Assembly: GCA_000146045.2 (NCBI GenBank)
Contig: BK006941.2
Coordinates: forward strand, 384,001 to 448,000
DNA length: 64,000 nt
Direction: 5' to 3'
Source: TPA_inf: Saccharomyces
Taxonomy: Eukaryota
In this document: positions 33,037 to 44,600 of the stretch, in pieces
How positions within the stretch are numbered: position 1 is the stretch's first letter
Layout of the letters: the number at the start of each line of letters is the position of its first letter
Made by a program: the position numbers and the translations under genes
Notes under the pieces: generated by a model
Database searches by the model: none
Seen by the model: only the letters and a program-made list of their open reading frames with translations
What the model was told of the DNA's origin: nothing

Positions 33037-33482
33037 TTTATCGTTTTCGTCTTTTCTTTCAATGTATTGATAATTAACGTGTCTATGTGATGCTATTGGT
33101 ATATAGCCTTTCTTGTATATCCCTCTAACAATTATTACAAGTGTTTCTGTTTAAAGCAAGTGCTAGAAGTGACTCGGTTCTCTTAGGAAATTCTAAACGC
33201 AAGATTTCTCTTATGGTGATTGTAACAATTATGAGATACTTCACTAGCCCACCTTAACTTTACGGACCTTCTTTTGAAACGATGCTTCGAATGACAACGC
33301 CTTTTTGATATATAATATCCAATTTCATTATAGGGAAATTTTCAACTCTTACCCGCCCCACTGTGCTGATATGACCAAGTGATCACTCGATGATGGGACT
33401 ACGTATTGAAAAATATTGAATGAAAAATTACTCAAGCAGCAGAACATTCACAGTGTAGTCAGTCCGCATAAGAGCATTCATC

Positions 33483-34412
33483 ATGGATAGTAAGGAAGTA
33501 CTGGTACATGTTAAGAATCTAGAAAAGAACAAAAGTAATGATGCTGCAGTTCTAGAAATCTTACATGTCTTGGATAAAGAATTCGTCCCCACTGAAAAGT
33601 TACTGAGAGAAACAAAAGTTGGTGTGGAAGTCAACAAGTTTAAAAAATCCACTAATGTAGAGATCAGCAAACTCGTGAAGAAAATGATTAGCTCTTGGAA
33701 AGACGCAATTAATAAAAATAAGCGTTCCAGGCAAGCACAGCAGCATCATCAAGATCATGCGCCAGGCAATGCAGAGGACAAGACAACTGTAGGTGAGTCC
33801 GTGAATGGTGTTCAACAGCCGGCCTCCTCCCAGTCAGATGCCATGAAACAAGACAAGTACGTCAGCACTAAACCAAGAAATAGTAAGAACGATGGTGTGG
33901 ATACAGCTATATACCACCACAAATTACGTGATCAGGTACTAAAAGCACTCTACGACGTTTTGGCCAAGGAAAGTGAGCATCCACCTCAATCTATTTTGCA
34001 TACTGCAAAGGCCATAGAAAGTGAAATGAATAAAGTTAACAACTGTGACACCAACGAAGCCGCTTACAAAGCCAGGTATCGTATAATTTATTCAAACGTC
34101 ATATCAAAGAATAACCCAGATCTCAAACATAAAATTGCCAACGGTGATATAACACCTGAATTCTTAGCTACATGCGATGCCAAGGATCTGGCACCAGCGC
34201 CCTTAAAGCAAAAGATAGAAGAAATTGCCAAGCAAAACTTATACAACGCACAGGGTGCCACCATAGAAAGGTCAGTCACCGATAGATTTACATGTGGTAA
34301 ATGTAAAGAGAAGAAGGTATCTTACTATCAATTGCAAACAAGATCTGCGGATGAACCATTGACCACTTTCTGTACATGTGAAGCATGTGGTAACAGATGG
34401 AAATTCTCTTAG
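33483..34412 (+). CDS. DST1: Transcription elongation factor TFIIS, 309 aa
   Basis: The C-terminal zinc ribbon (CGKCKEKKVSYYQLQTRSADEPLTTFCTCEACGNRWKFS) is diagnostic of TFIIS. Confidence 0.93.
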   Translation: MDSKEVLVHVKNLEKNKSNDAAVLEILHVLDKEFVPTEKLLRETKVGVEVNKFKKSTNVEISKLVKKMISSWKDAINKNKRSRQAQQHHQDHAPGNAEDKTTVGESVNGVQQPASSQSDAMKQDKYVSTKPRNSKNDGVDTAIYHHKLRDQVLKALYDVLAKESEHPPQSILHTAKAIESEMNKVNNCDTNEAAYKARYRIIYSNVISKNNPDLKHKIANGDITPEFLATCDAKDLAPAPLKQKIEEIAKQNLYNAQGATIERSVTDRFTCGKCKEKKVSYYQLQTRSADEPLTTFCTCEACGNRWKFS

Positions 34413-34824
34413 AATAGAAAAAGATGAGAGTAGCCACGGACAGAGCAAAGGAAACAATAGGAGGAAGGGACAGAAAAGCCTGTTCTGACTCTATTCGTAG
34501 TAGTATTTGACAGCCGGAATCCAGGAAAAGAAAAAGCCAAACATACAACCATATCCAATTTGTTGAAATGGCATATTCATATACGATGTACATATATACA
34601 TATACTGCTGGTGTTAATTTTTTTTGTCTGTCTCACGTAAAATCTTTTGTTCGTCCAGTTACTTTTAATTATTTATGATTTTCATGTTTTCTTTATTAAT
34701 CTTCTATGCATTAAATATGGCTCGGTCAGAACTAAAGAAATACAATTTAAGATGTAACAAAACCGACGAATAAAAAGTTAGAATAAACACAAGAAGCAGA
34801 AAGTAGATACTACAGCCACACATA

Positions 34825-35289
34825 ATGCTAAGAGTTATATGGAAGCATAGTTCCAGAGTCACTCGTTCGATAGAACTATCGAACATTTCTACCACTAATC
34901 ACACCAGGAGTTTAAGGAGGCTTTCCTGGATTTCTCCGAGAAGATTTTACGCTCAATCTTGGGACGACAGACAGCCTAATGACAAAATAGATGCACACAT
35001 AAAGGTGCAGAAACTCATGGATCAAATAAATTCGAGGCCTAATGTTCTGGAAAAGTTAGAAAAGGTTAGCAATATCATGATCGAAAAAAAATTGGTTAAT
35101 CTAGATGGGACTTCTGCCAATGAAGAAAATACGATGAAACCATGGCAAATGATTAAGATCTTAATGGACAGAGATCTGAGACACGCTATGAAGGAATTTA
35201 AATTGGAATTGGAAAAATCTGGCATACAGTTAGGACCTGAACAACTGGCCCCGCTAATGACCGTTTTAGGCCTTGAGAAGAAAAAATGA
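34825..35289 (+). CDS. Small (154 aa) protein with an Arg/Ser/Thr-rich, acid-free N-terminus resembling a mitochondrial presequence
   Basis: ATG-initiated 154-aa ORF corresponding in position to YGL041W-A. It is called on ORF integrity and position only. Confidence 0.45.
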   Translation: MLRVIWKHSSRVTRSIELSNISTTNHTRSLRRLSWISPRRFYAQSWDDRQPNDKIDAHIKVQKLMDQINSRPNVLEKLEKVSNIMIEKKLVNLDGTSANEENTMKPWQMIKILMDRDLRHAMKEFKLELEKSGIQLGPEQLAPLMTVLGLEKKK

Positions 35290-35526
35290 GAGGTGAAAGT
35301 AAAAAAACATTACCTATCTGTCTTACTAGCGCCTTCCGTGTATAAATATTACGTACTACTACATAAATACTCATTAGGAGGATTACATAATTTCCATTGT
35401 ATCGTATACTAGGTCGCATCTTTGCATATTATAAAGCTTGCCAAATAGGGATATACTGCCAGCACTGTTACATTTGTCATATTGACATCATTATTTTTAC
35501 TATTCACAAGGTAAGCACGTTTTTTT

Positions 35527-36570
<1,044 letters not shown>

Positions 36571-39090
36571 CTAGGTATGAATTACTGGAGTAAGCAATAA
36601 TATGAGTAAGCAGTAAAACTTTTTTTTATTTGGCTGATTGGGCAAGAAAATCAAAGACAATAGAGTGGCGCATAGATGTTGCTAGCATTTATTAGGTTGC
36701 CTTACTCTTATATAAATCAAGCGGGAAGCTTGCCTCAAGCCAATCACCGCACCGAACAGGGATTGCTCGTTTACCCGTATTTTGATTTTTTTTTCACCTT
36801 TTCCAATTTTTTTTTCGGCAACAATTTTTTGGATGATTTTTATCGTCGATCTTGGAATGATGATGTATTTCGGCGTCTCTACAAGACCCAATAAAGTAAT
36901 TCGGTGACACAGGCTTGTAGCAGATAGAAAACGTTCCGAAAGATGGGTTCCAATTGATGTAACACTTCTTTTTTATATATTCATGTGGACGTGTACGCCT
37001 TCTTCCCTTCTTTGCCTCTTGTGCCACTGTTAATCCTCTTAAGCATATTGTTTTTATTTACAGACATTGGCTGACTCACCAGAAACTATAATTGACGCTG
37101 ATTTCTAGTTAATTAAAAATAAAATATATGCAAGAATTAGCACCAGGCAGTCATTTCTGTAAATTGCTTTGTTTTCTATTTCAAATTTGTTTTTTGTATA
37201 TGTTTCAATGTTCTCGTGACAATGCAGGCTTTTTTTTGTGCGAATTAAAGTAAAGCTAATCAAAACTAAACAATAATTTATCTTGTTCCCGAAAGAGTGG
37301 ATCATGAGGAGGAAAGCTAACCGTCCAAGATCCTATATAATTTTTGAACTGAAAACCAACTGTTCACCTAGAAGACAGGTATCTGGATATGTAACTACAC
37401 GCTCTATAAATACAGAAATCGTAAGCTAATCAATATAAATGTAAAAGAAAATAGGAATTGCTGTCGATAGATTTATTTACTTTTGTATTGTCATCTGTGT
37501 TCTGTGCCAGTACACCGGACTCGTATGAGCTGTATGGTGTCGTTTCAATAGAATCTACTGTAATAATCACACAGATTAGAAATTATTTTCAAGATTAAAT
37601 ATGACAATACACCTTGGAATAAAAACACAGGATCTAATAGTGGCCCAAAATGAAGCTCGACGTGAAAATAATAGAGCCGTGATTTTAATTTCATGATTGG
37701 AAGACGTTTTCAAGGATGGTTAGACTTTGGGTCTGAAAGCACTGTCTCGTAGTCCATATATAAAGAAAATCTTATGGGAAACTGGTTACATTCTAATGAT
37801 TTTAGCAACAAGTTGCAGCTAAGAGTTTGAATATCTGAACGAAGTTGTCGGTACTTCTGCCACTATCAGTATAAATAATTGCCGCCGTTCCATGATATGG
37901 AGAGCATGGCAAGGTTTACTCTGATCTTGGCCATTCTTCATTAATTTGTCGTGTGAAATGCGCAGTAATCAACCAATTTTCTGTCAGCGGTATTTGAAGC
38001 CCTAAGATGACACAAATGAGAAAGCGTTTTCTCAACTAGTAATGCCAAATTCCTCCCTTCTATAAAAAGCCCCTAACTCCGCTGCATTCAATTGCATTTT
38101 TCATTAAAAGAATACCTTGAATAAAACCATGCGGGAACATATAGATATATAAAGCAGAACATTTTTGCTCAAGAACAGAAAGTTCCAATGGTTATCTATA
38201 GGTTCCGTTTCAGCTTTACGTACCTCCCAGTCAAGGTACGATTCAAAGCCTTTTAATTTTTTATCCCAAATAGAGCACGATGTCGCAATCTTCTGAGTGT
38301 TAAACTGTCGCCAAATCTGTATTTGGGTATAGCCATTTCTTCCAAAATTGCTAGGAATGGCCTTATAAGCTATATTGTGCTTGTGCTTGCGTTTGCGTTT
38401 GCATTTTTTTTTTTGTTATTTTATTACTTCGTCACAAGGGGTACAAGAGAACTCTTATCCAACTGACCACAGCTTTGTCACTAATTTCTCTCCAGAGGGG
38501 AATGTCCCTTTGAGATTATCGAACAGGAATGATTGGATCTATTGCACTAAAATGACCCAAAAACGCTCTAGTCCATGCTGCATCCTATCTTCCATCAATA
38601 CAGAAAATAACAGAAGGTTCATCAGCTCATATATAGAGAAGAAAGAAAAGAAAGAAAAAAAACTCTGTGTAGTGTAATACAACTGACTAACGCACCCACC
38701 GAAAGAGGGTCCACGAGGAATAGACAGTGCATTATACAGAACGTGCTGAAAATGTAGAACCTTCCTTGTGAATTTTACTCCTTGTACTTCCTGAGATAAT
38801 ATATGACCTTCTGAAAGGTAAAAGAGCGACCTTGATCCTGCAAATTTAGCGAATATTTGAATCGATTTTCATATTTTTTCTATATTAAAGCCCAACTACT
38901 GGGACCGAATATTTTCCCCTACAAAGGCTAGAAGACGGTGAAGCCTTCTTGTAATTTTTATTTCGTTTTAGTTTAGTTACAAAGTGCTTTTGCCATTGCA
39001 TAGACGAGCAGCTTATCCCATAATGAATAAATTCTATTCAAACTAATAATAACTAATAGTTGCTATAGTCACACCTTTTCAACAGATAAG

Positions 39091-39204
39091 TGGTTGTTTG
39101 GCCGAGCGGTCTAAGGCGCCTGATTCAAGAAATATCTTGACCGCAGTTAACTGTGGGAATACTCAGGTATCGTAAGATGCAAGAGTTCGAATCTCTTAGC
39201 AACC
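39091..39204 (+). tRNA. tL(CAA): tRNA-Leu (anticodon CAA) with a 32-nt intron at 39129-39160
   Basis: GGTTGTTTGGCCGAGCGGTCTAAGGCGCCTGATTCAAG[aaatatcttgaccgcagttaactgtgggaata]CTCAGGTATCGTAAGATGCAAGAGTTCGAATCTCTTAGCAACCA. A T-run follows. Confidence 0.95.
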
Positions 39205-39960
39205 ATTATTTTTTTCCATTTAAAATGATCTTTTTACCGACCAGGCGTCACTAACCACGAAAACATAGTTTAAGGTATTTTCCGTTTTAGGCGCAATGAA
39301 TATACTGCAACGTGCCTATTGAATCCTATTCGAAATCACCTCCAAAGTTATGTTGCCGATTAGGCAAATACTCTAAAAGTATAGTACTAAAGAACTACGT
39401 AAAGGTAAAATAAAACACCTGAATTTCATTTCTGAAATGAAGTACCATCATGAAATATGATGAAAGTCAAGACTCGTTGGGTCAATATACACCACAAAAA
39501 AAGGTACACACGAATGGTTTAACCCTTTCGGTTCCTTCTGTAAATCGAAAAATGCCCTTTATACAGCGGGTTGGTCTCCCATCAAAGTTGAGAAGCGATT
39601 AGAAATTAGGTTACCTAATGAATCCATAAATAAATGGAAAACGCTATTTTGTTCGAACGATGGAATAAAAATATGAACGGGTGTCATTGAAATTCGGTGT
39701 ATTTTTTGATCGGGCCTGATCTGGCTCGGGTTTGGCACAATTTGGCTTGGTTAGTTCGGCAAAGCTTATTTAAAGAACCTTTTTGGATAGCCAATTGAGA
39801 GACTTGAAATAGAAAGATCGTAAGTATTTTTATGAACGCAAAATCAATCTTGGTAGCCCAGTTAGTTTCTCTTCACTAATTCCGGAGAACAAAAACATAT
39901 CATACGATTGTGTGAGATTCAACAAAAATCGATCAGAAATTTTTTTTGAACAGAATAGTC

Positions 39961-41007
39961 ATGACTACTGAAAAAACCGTTGTTTTTGTTTCTGGTGCTA
40001 CTGGTTTCATTGCTCTACACGTAGTGGACGATTTATTAAAAACTGGTTACAAGGTCATCGGTTCGGGTAGGTCCCAAGAAAAGAATGATGGATTGCTGAA
40101 AAAATTTAAGAGCAATCCCAACCTTTCAATGGAGATTGTCGAAGACATTGCTGCTCCAAACGCTTTTGACAAAGTTTTTCAAAAGCACGGCAAAGAGATC
40201 AAGGTTGTCTTGCACATAGCTTCTCCGGTTCACTTCAACACCACTGATTTCGAAAAGGATCTGCTAATTCCTGCTGTGAATGGTACCAAGTCCATTCTAG
40301 AAGCAATCAAAAATTATGCCGCAGACACAGTCGAAAAAGTCGTTATTACTTCTTCTGTTGCTGCCCTTGCATCTCCCGGAGATATGAAGGACACTAGTTT
40401 CGTTGTCAATGAGGAAAGTTGGAACAAAGATACTTGGGAAAGTTGTCAAGCTAACGCGGTTTCCGCATACTGTGGTTCCAAGAAATTTGCTGAAAAAACT
40501 GCTTGGGATTTTCTCGAGGAAAACCAATCAAGCATCAAATTTACGCTATCAACCATCAACCCAGGATTTGTTTTTGGCCCTCAGCTATTTGCCGACTCTC
40601 TTAGAAATGGAATAAATAGCTCTTCAGCCATTATTGCCAATTTGGTTAGTTATAAATTAGGCGACAATTTTTATAATTACAGTGGTCCTTTTATTGACGT
40701 TCGCGATGTTTCAAAAGCTCATTTACTTGCATTTGAGAAACCCGAATGCGCTGGCCAAAGACTATTCTTATGTGAAGATATGTTTTGCTCTCAAGAAGCG
40801 CTGGATATCTTGAATGAGGAATTTCCACAGTTAAAAGGCAAGATAGCAACTGGCGAACCTGGTAGCGGCTCAACCTTTTTGACAAAAAACTGCTGCAAGT
40901 GCGACAACCGCAAAACCAAAAATTTATTAGGATTCCAATTTAATAAGTTCAGAGATTGCATTGTCGATACTGCCTCGCAATTACTAGAAGTTCAAAGTAA
41001 AAGCTAA
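39961..41007 (+). CDS. NADPH-dependent aldehyde reductase of the Gre2/dihydroflavonol-reductase-like SDR family, 348 aa
   Basis: Rossmann motif [11 protein letters not shown] and the YxxxK region. Position and length match YGL039W. The ATG at 39961 gives 348 aa; the track ORF starts 5 codons earlier at a non-ATG codon. Confidence 0.8.
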   Translation: MTTEKTVVFVSGATGFIALHVVDDLLKTGYKVIGSGRSQEKNDGLLKKFKSNPNLSMEIVEDIAAPNAFDKVFQKHGKEIKVVLHIASPVHFNTTDFEKDLLIPAVNGTKSILEAIKNYAADTVEKVVITSSVAALASPGDMKDTSFVVNEESWNKDTWESCQANAVSAYCGSKKFAEKTAWDFLEENQSSIKFTLSTINPGFVFGPQLFADSLRNGINSSSAIIANLVSYKLGDNFYNYSGPFIDVRDVSKAHLLAFEKPECAGQRLFLCEDMFCSQEALDILNEEFPQLKGKIATGEPGSGSTFLTKNCCKCDNRKTKNLLGFQFNKFRDCIVDTASQLLEVQSKS

Positions 41008-41361
41008 AATTAAGCTTTCGAGAAAAACTTTCTTTTAACCCCTCTAATCTAAATATAAACATATAGCTTATAGAAATGAATGAATATTTTAAATAGTTAC
41101 GGATACAAAGAGTTCATTATAGTGCGGGCAGTTAGTACGGTATCGATTTATCATTGGAGATCTGCAGTGTTACAGAAGCACTGCTCACCAGTTGTCTACG
41201 GAAGGACGTTGAGATAGTTTTACCACGTTTGAGCTAAAAGTTTCTACCACAAGAGCCTTTATTTGCACATGGCAGTGAATGCATGATTAAGGATATGAAG
41301 AAGAAAGGAATAACTAGGAATAAATTTTATTTAGAGAGGGTATGATGAAAGGAGAGCCTCG

Positions 41362-42804
41362 TTATTTATGACCTGCATTTTTATCAGCATCTTCTTTCCA
41401 GCTCCCGCTAAACATGTGCTTTACAAAAGCCATTTTGTCGTCACTAGACTGGGCGCCCATCTGCCCCACATCTGGTGAAAAACTTGTTATTGGTAGAACC
41501 ATCACATCATCAACGATAACTGGTTCTTTCAAAAAAGAGAAGAATTCCCAGGGCATTGAATTTGACGATTGCAAAGACTCTGATATTTTCTTATAAAATT
41601 TTCTTGTTGATTTGGACAGCGTATCGTTATCAACATCTTTTGCTGGTGTGGTGGCACTCTCACTACCTTCTTCGTCGTTCTTGTTTAGGTTTGGGTTGAT
41701 TAACAAGATATCGCTATTGTATCGGAGCACATTGTTCATGTATTCGAAAATAATGTCGGAGAAAATACCTGGACCCGTCCAATTCATTATATCTGAGCCA
41801 TCAACATTTTTGTTATTTTTCAATTCGGAGTGTTTGTAGGTCTCATCATGACGTCTTTTGTGCCTATAGTTTACGTTGTAGTCTTCTTCAAATCTTGGAT
41901 CAATCATTTCACTGACAGGAACTCCTGGGTTTTGTACGCTCGCCAAAGTCGTTGCAGTAATATTTAAGATCAATTCTCTTAGAATTGGGTGACCTGGTTT
42001 GGCTTGGATAGTCCATTGACAAAACTGGATCCTACGAGCATACCATTCACTCCAATCATCTCTGTCCGGATCTGCCTCAATGCCGATGACCAAACCTGGC
42101 TGGTGTGATATCTCATCACTTGAGAGAAGTGAGGGCTTTGAGTTCTTATAAGGAATAGGTTTATTCAAATCTATTATGTTGTTTAGCCATGACTTATTCT
42201 GAGAAGGCCATGAATCAATTGGCTTCAAAAGCATAGTATCCATATCTGAGTAAATACCACCTCTTGCAAATAATAATAGGTACCTTAAAAAATCTGCCTT
42301 TAGGATATTTCCAGGCATCAATTTAAACGCTTGGATGACTATCGGAACGGGTGCGTAAAGATTCTCCAAAAAAGGGATAATAGAATCATCCGAAATCAGA
42401 GAATATTGGTAATCCGGTGAATACGAACCAGACCATGTTTTTTGATAGGTTCTGAACGAAGAGGGAAAATTCTTATCATCTGCGCCGACTTTCCAGGTCT
42501 GCCACACCCTTTGCGGGATGGGGGCCTGAGAGTCGTAGGGAAACGCAAACGATAATTGATCACGTAAATTATGCAATTGATTTTTTTTCTTGTTAACTGT
42601 AATTTGTTTCTTCAAATTTATATCTTGTGAATGAGAAGTCGTAGGGAGAAGAGTTTGCTTGAAATCATCTTTGCTAGGGTAAAACTGAGAAAGCAGCCTT
42701 TTGTTTGACAAGTGAAATGTCAACAAAGAATAAATAAGAAGTACGGTTACGACTATTGTTTTTGATTTCCTTGTAGCGATCAGGTGGGACAACTTCCTAG
42801 ACAT
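41362..42804 (-). CDS. OCH1: Golgi alpha-1,6-mannosyltransferase initiating the outer chain, 480 aa
   Basis: N-terminal signal anchor and a DxD-containing glycosyltransferase domain (IYSDMDTML). Length is 480 aa. Confidence 0.9.
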   Translation of the reverse strand: MSRKLSHLIATRKSKTIVVTVLLIYSLLTFHLSNKRLLSQFYPSKDDFKQTLLPTTSHSQDINLKKQITVNKKKNQLHNLRDQLSFAFPYDSQAPIPQRVWQTWKVGADDKNFPSSFRTYQKTWSGSYSPDYQYSLISDDSIIPFLENLYAPVPIVIQAFKLMPGNILKADFLRYLLLFARGGIYSDMDTMLLKPIDSWPSQNKSWLNNIIDLNKPIPYKNSKPSLLSSDEISHQPGLVIGIEADPDRDDWSEWYARRIQFCQWTIQAKPGHPILRELILNITATTLASVQNPGVPVSEMIDPRFEEDYNVNYRHKRRHDETYKHSELKNNKNVDGSDIMNWTGPGIFSDIIFEYMNNVLRYNSDILLINPNLNKNDEEGSESATTPAKDVDNDTLSKSTRKFYKKISESLQSSNSMPWEFFSFLKEPVIVDDVMVLPITSFSPDVGQMGAQSSDDKMAFVKHMFSGSWKEDADKNAGHK

Positions 42805-43296
42805 GATCTCTTCTTTCTTTTACTTGCTTTCTTTTTCCAAATTGCTATTATTGCTCTTGAAATGAAAACGGAATCAAAGAACTAAAACAACCTATCCCTA
42901 TTAAATATAAAAGGATGCAGATGGGGAGAGAGAATGTGGATTGGCGAGAAATAATGTCGGTATTCGAAGAAGGCAGAAATACTAAAGTGGCTACCAAGCT
43001 ACCAAACTACCTTAATGCAGAAGTTTTGACGTTGCTGTCCCTGCAACGTGAAAAGTCCAAAAAGGCGCGTTTAGTTGAGGCCCAGCCAAATCTTTTCGCG
43101 GTGGGCCGGCCAAATAGTTTAAGCAATTTACCCAAAAAAGAATAAAGAGAGGCGTAAAGACGTTAGTTAATATTTTATTATTCCTTCTCCATATGTCGGA
43201 ATTCGGTGTACATACATATATATAGATATTGTTATATAGATTTGTGCATTTGCAAGCCACCCTAGTTCATCAGGTTGAAGAAGTATTATTCAGCTC

Positions 43297-43947
43297 TTAT
43301 TTATCCACGACATTGATGTTGTGGGCCTTCAACTCTTCCTTAACCTTATTGATGACTTCGGGATCATCGCTGATGGGTCTTGTGTAATCCAGCAGGACAG
43401 TGGTCTTATAACCTAGTTCTGCAGCGGAAATGGCGGTGGCTTTGACACAATACTCCAAAGCTACACCGACAATGTAAACCTCGTCTGTATGATGCTTTTC
43501 TAAGTACTTGTTCATGTCGGTCTTATGGAAGTTCCAGATGTCGTGGAAGGCGGAGTAGTATTCACGGTCAGTCAAGAAACCCTTGTCGACAATCTTAATA
43601 TGCTTAGTGACCACTTGGTCCATTATTTGGTCAACCAATTGACTACCCCAGGTGTTTTTCACACAGTGTACGGGCCACAAAATACCCTCTTGCGTGGAAT
43701 CATCGCCTGGCCTTGGAGAGTGGTAGGTGTATGTTGAATAGGGTTCTTTATCTTTATGGTTCTTTGCGAACGAAATATGTCTGGAAGGGTGCCAATCTCT
43801 GGTGACCACAATCCTGTGCCAGTCTCTATCAGCATCTTGCATCAAATCCGAGATAGGATTGATTAATTCCTCACCTTTTGGAACAGTCAAGGAACCTAAA
43901 GGTGAAATAAAATCATTTTGCATATCAACAACAATTAAAGTCTTCAT
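43297..43947 (-). CDS. PNC1: Nicotinamidase, 216 aa
   Basis: The internal ATG gives MKTLIVVDMQNDFISP..., an isochorismatase-fold nicotinamidase. The track ORF extends 72 codons upstream from a non-ATG start. Confidence 0.92.
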   Translation of the reverse strand: MKTLIVVDMQNDFISPLGSLTVPKGEELINPISDLMQDADRDWHRIVVTRDWHPSRHISFAKNHKDKEPYSTYTYHSPRPGDDSTQEGILWPVHCVKNTWGSQLVDQIMDQVVTKHIKIVDKGFLTDREYYSAFHDIWNFHKTDMNKYLEKHHTDEVYIVGVALEYCVKATAISAAELGYKTTVLLDYTRPISDDPEVINKVKEELKAHNINVVDK

Positions 43948-44600
43948 TTTTGTACTGTATTTTATTCTTTCTAACAAAGATATAGATAATCGTAAAAGAA
44001 AGTTTTGTTTGAAGGTTTCCTCACCTATTGCATCCAACCAGGTACCAGTTAAGAGTACATTGTATATGAAAATATATATATGAGTAATATATATATATAT
44101 AGTTTTATTAATAACTATTAGCACATCATAATCGTATCTGGAGACACATACATAGTGGGCCAAACGGAAACCCCTGCCCCTTGAAGAACTTTTTTTTCAT
44201 AATTCACTTTTCCAGTACGTAACACCACGCGGCGCCCCTTTGTGGGGCCTGCCCCTTTTTTTTTTTCTTTCTTTTTTTTCGGAAACATTCCGCGAGATTT
44301 CGGCACGTCCCAAATGATATCGAGCTAACACGTATAAAGCGATAACGTATATAACGACGTATGATTTTAGCAACGGAAGACGTTAACAATGACATATGGA
44401 TATTTATTTATATATATAATATAAAAATTTCATTACCCTGTGTGCCACCTTGATCCTTGACTTAATATATTTTTTTCTGCTTGGATCTCGGCGGCAGTTT
44501 TTTCTGTTTCATATAAGGAGGATCGTAGGGAAAGAGGAAAACAAAAGGCATAATTAACCAATAGCAACAATATAAGCAGTACAGAACCCTCACCACCAGA

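Noticed and set aside
38375-38677. 100-aa ORF (MCLCLRLRLHFFFCY...) in the ORF-free HEM2-tRNA-Leu region
   Set aside because: It is low-complexity and begins in a T-homopolymer and tandem-repeat motif. There is no support for coding.
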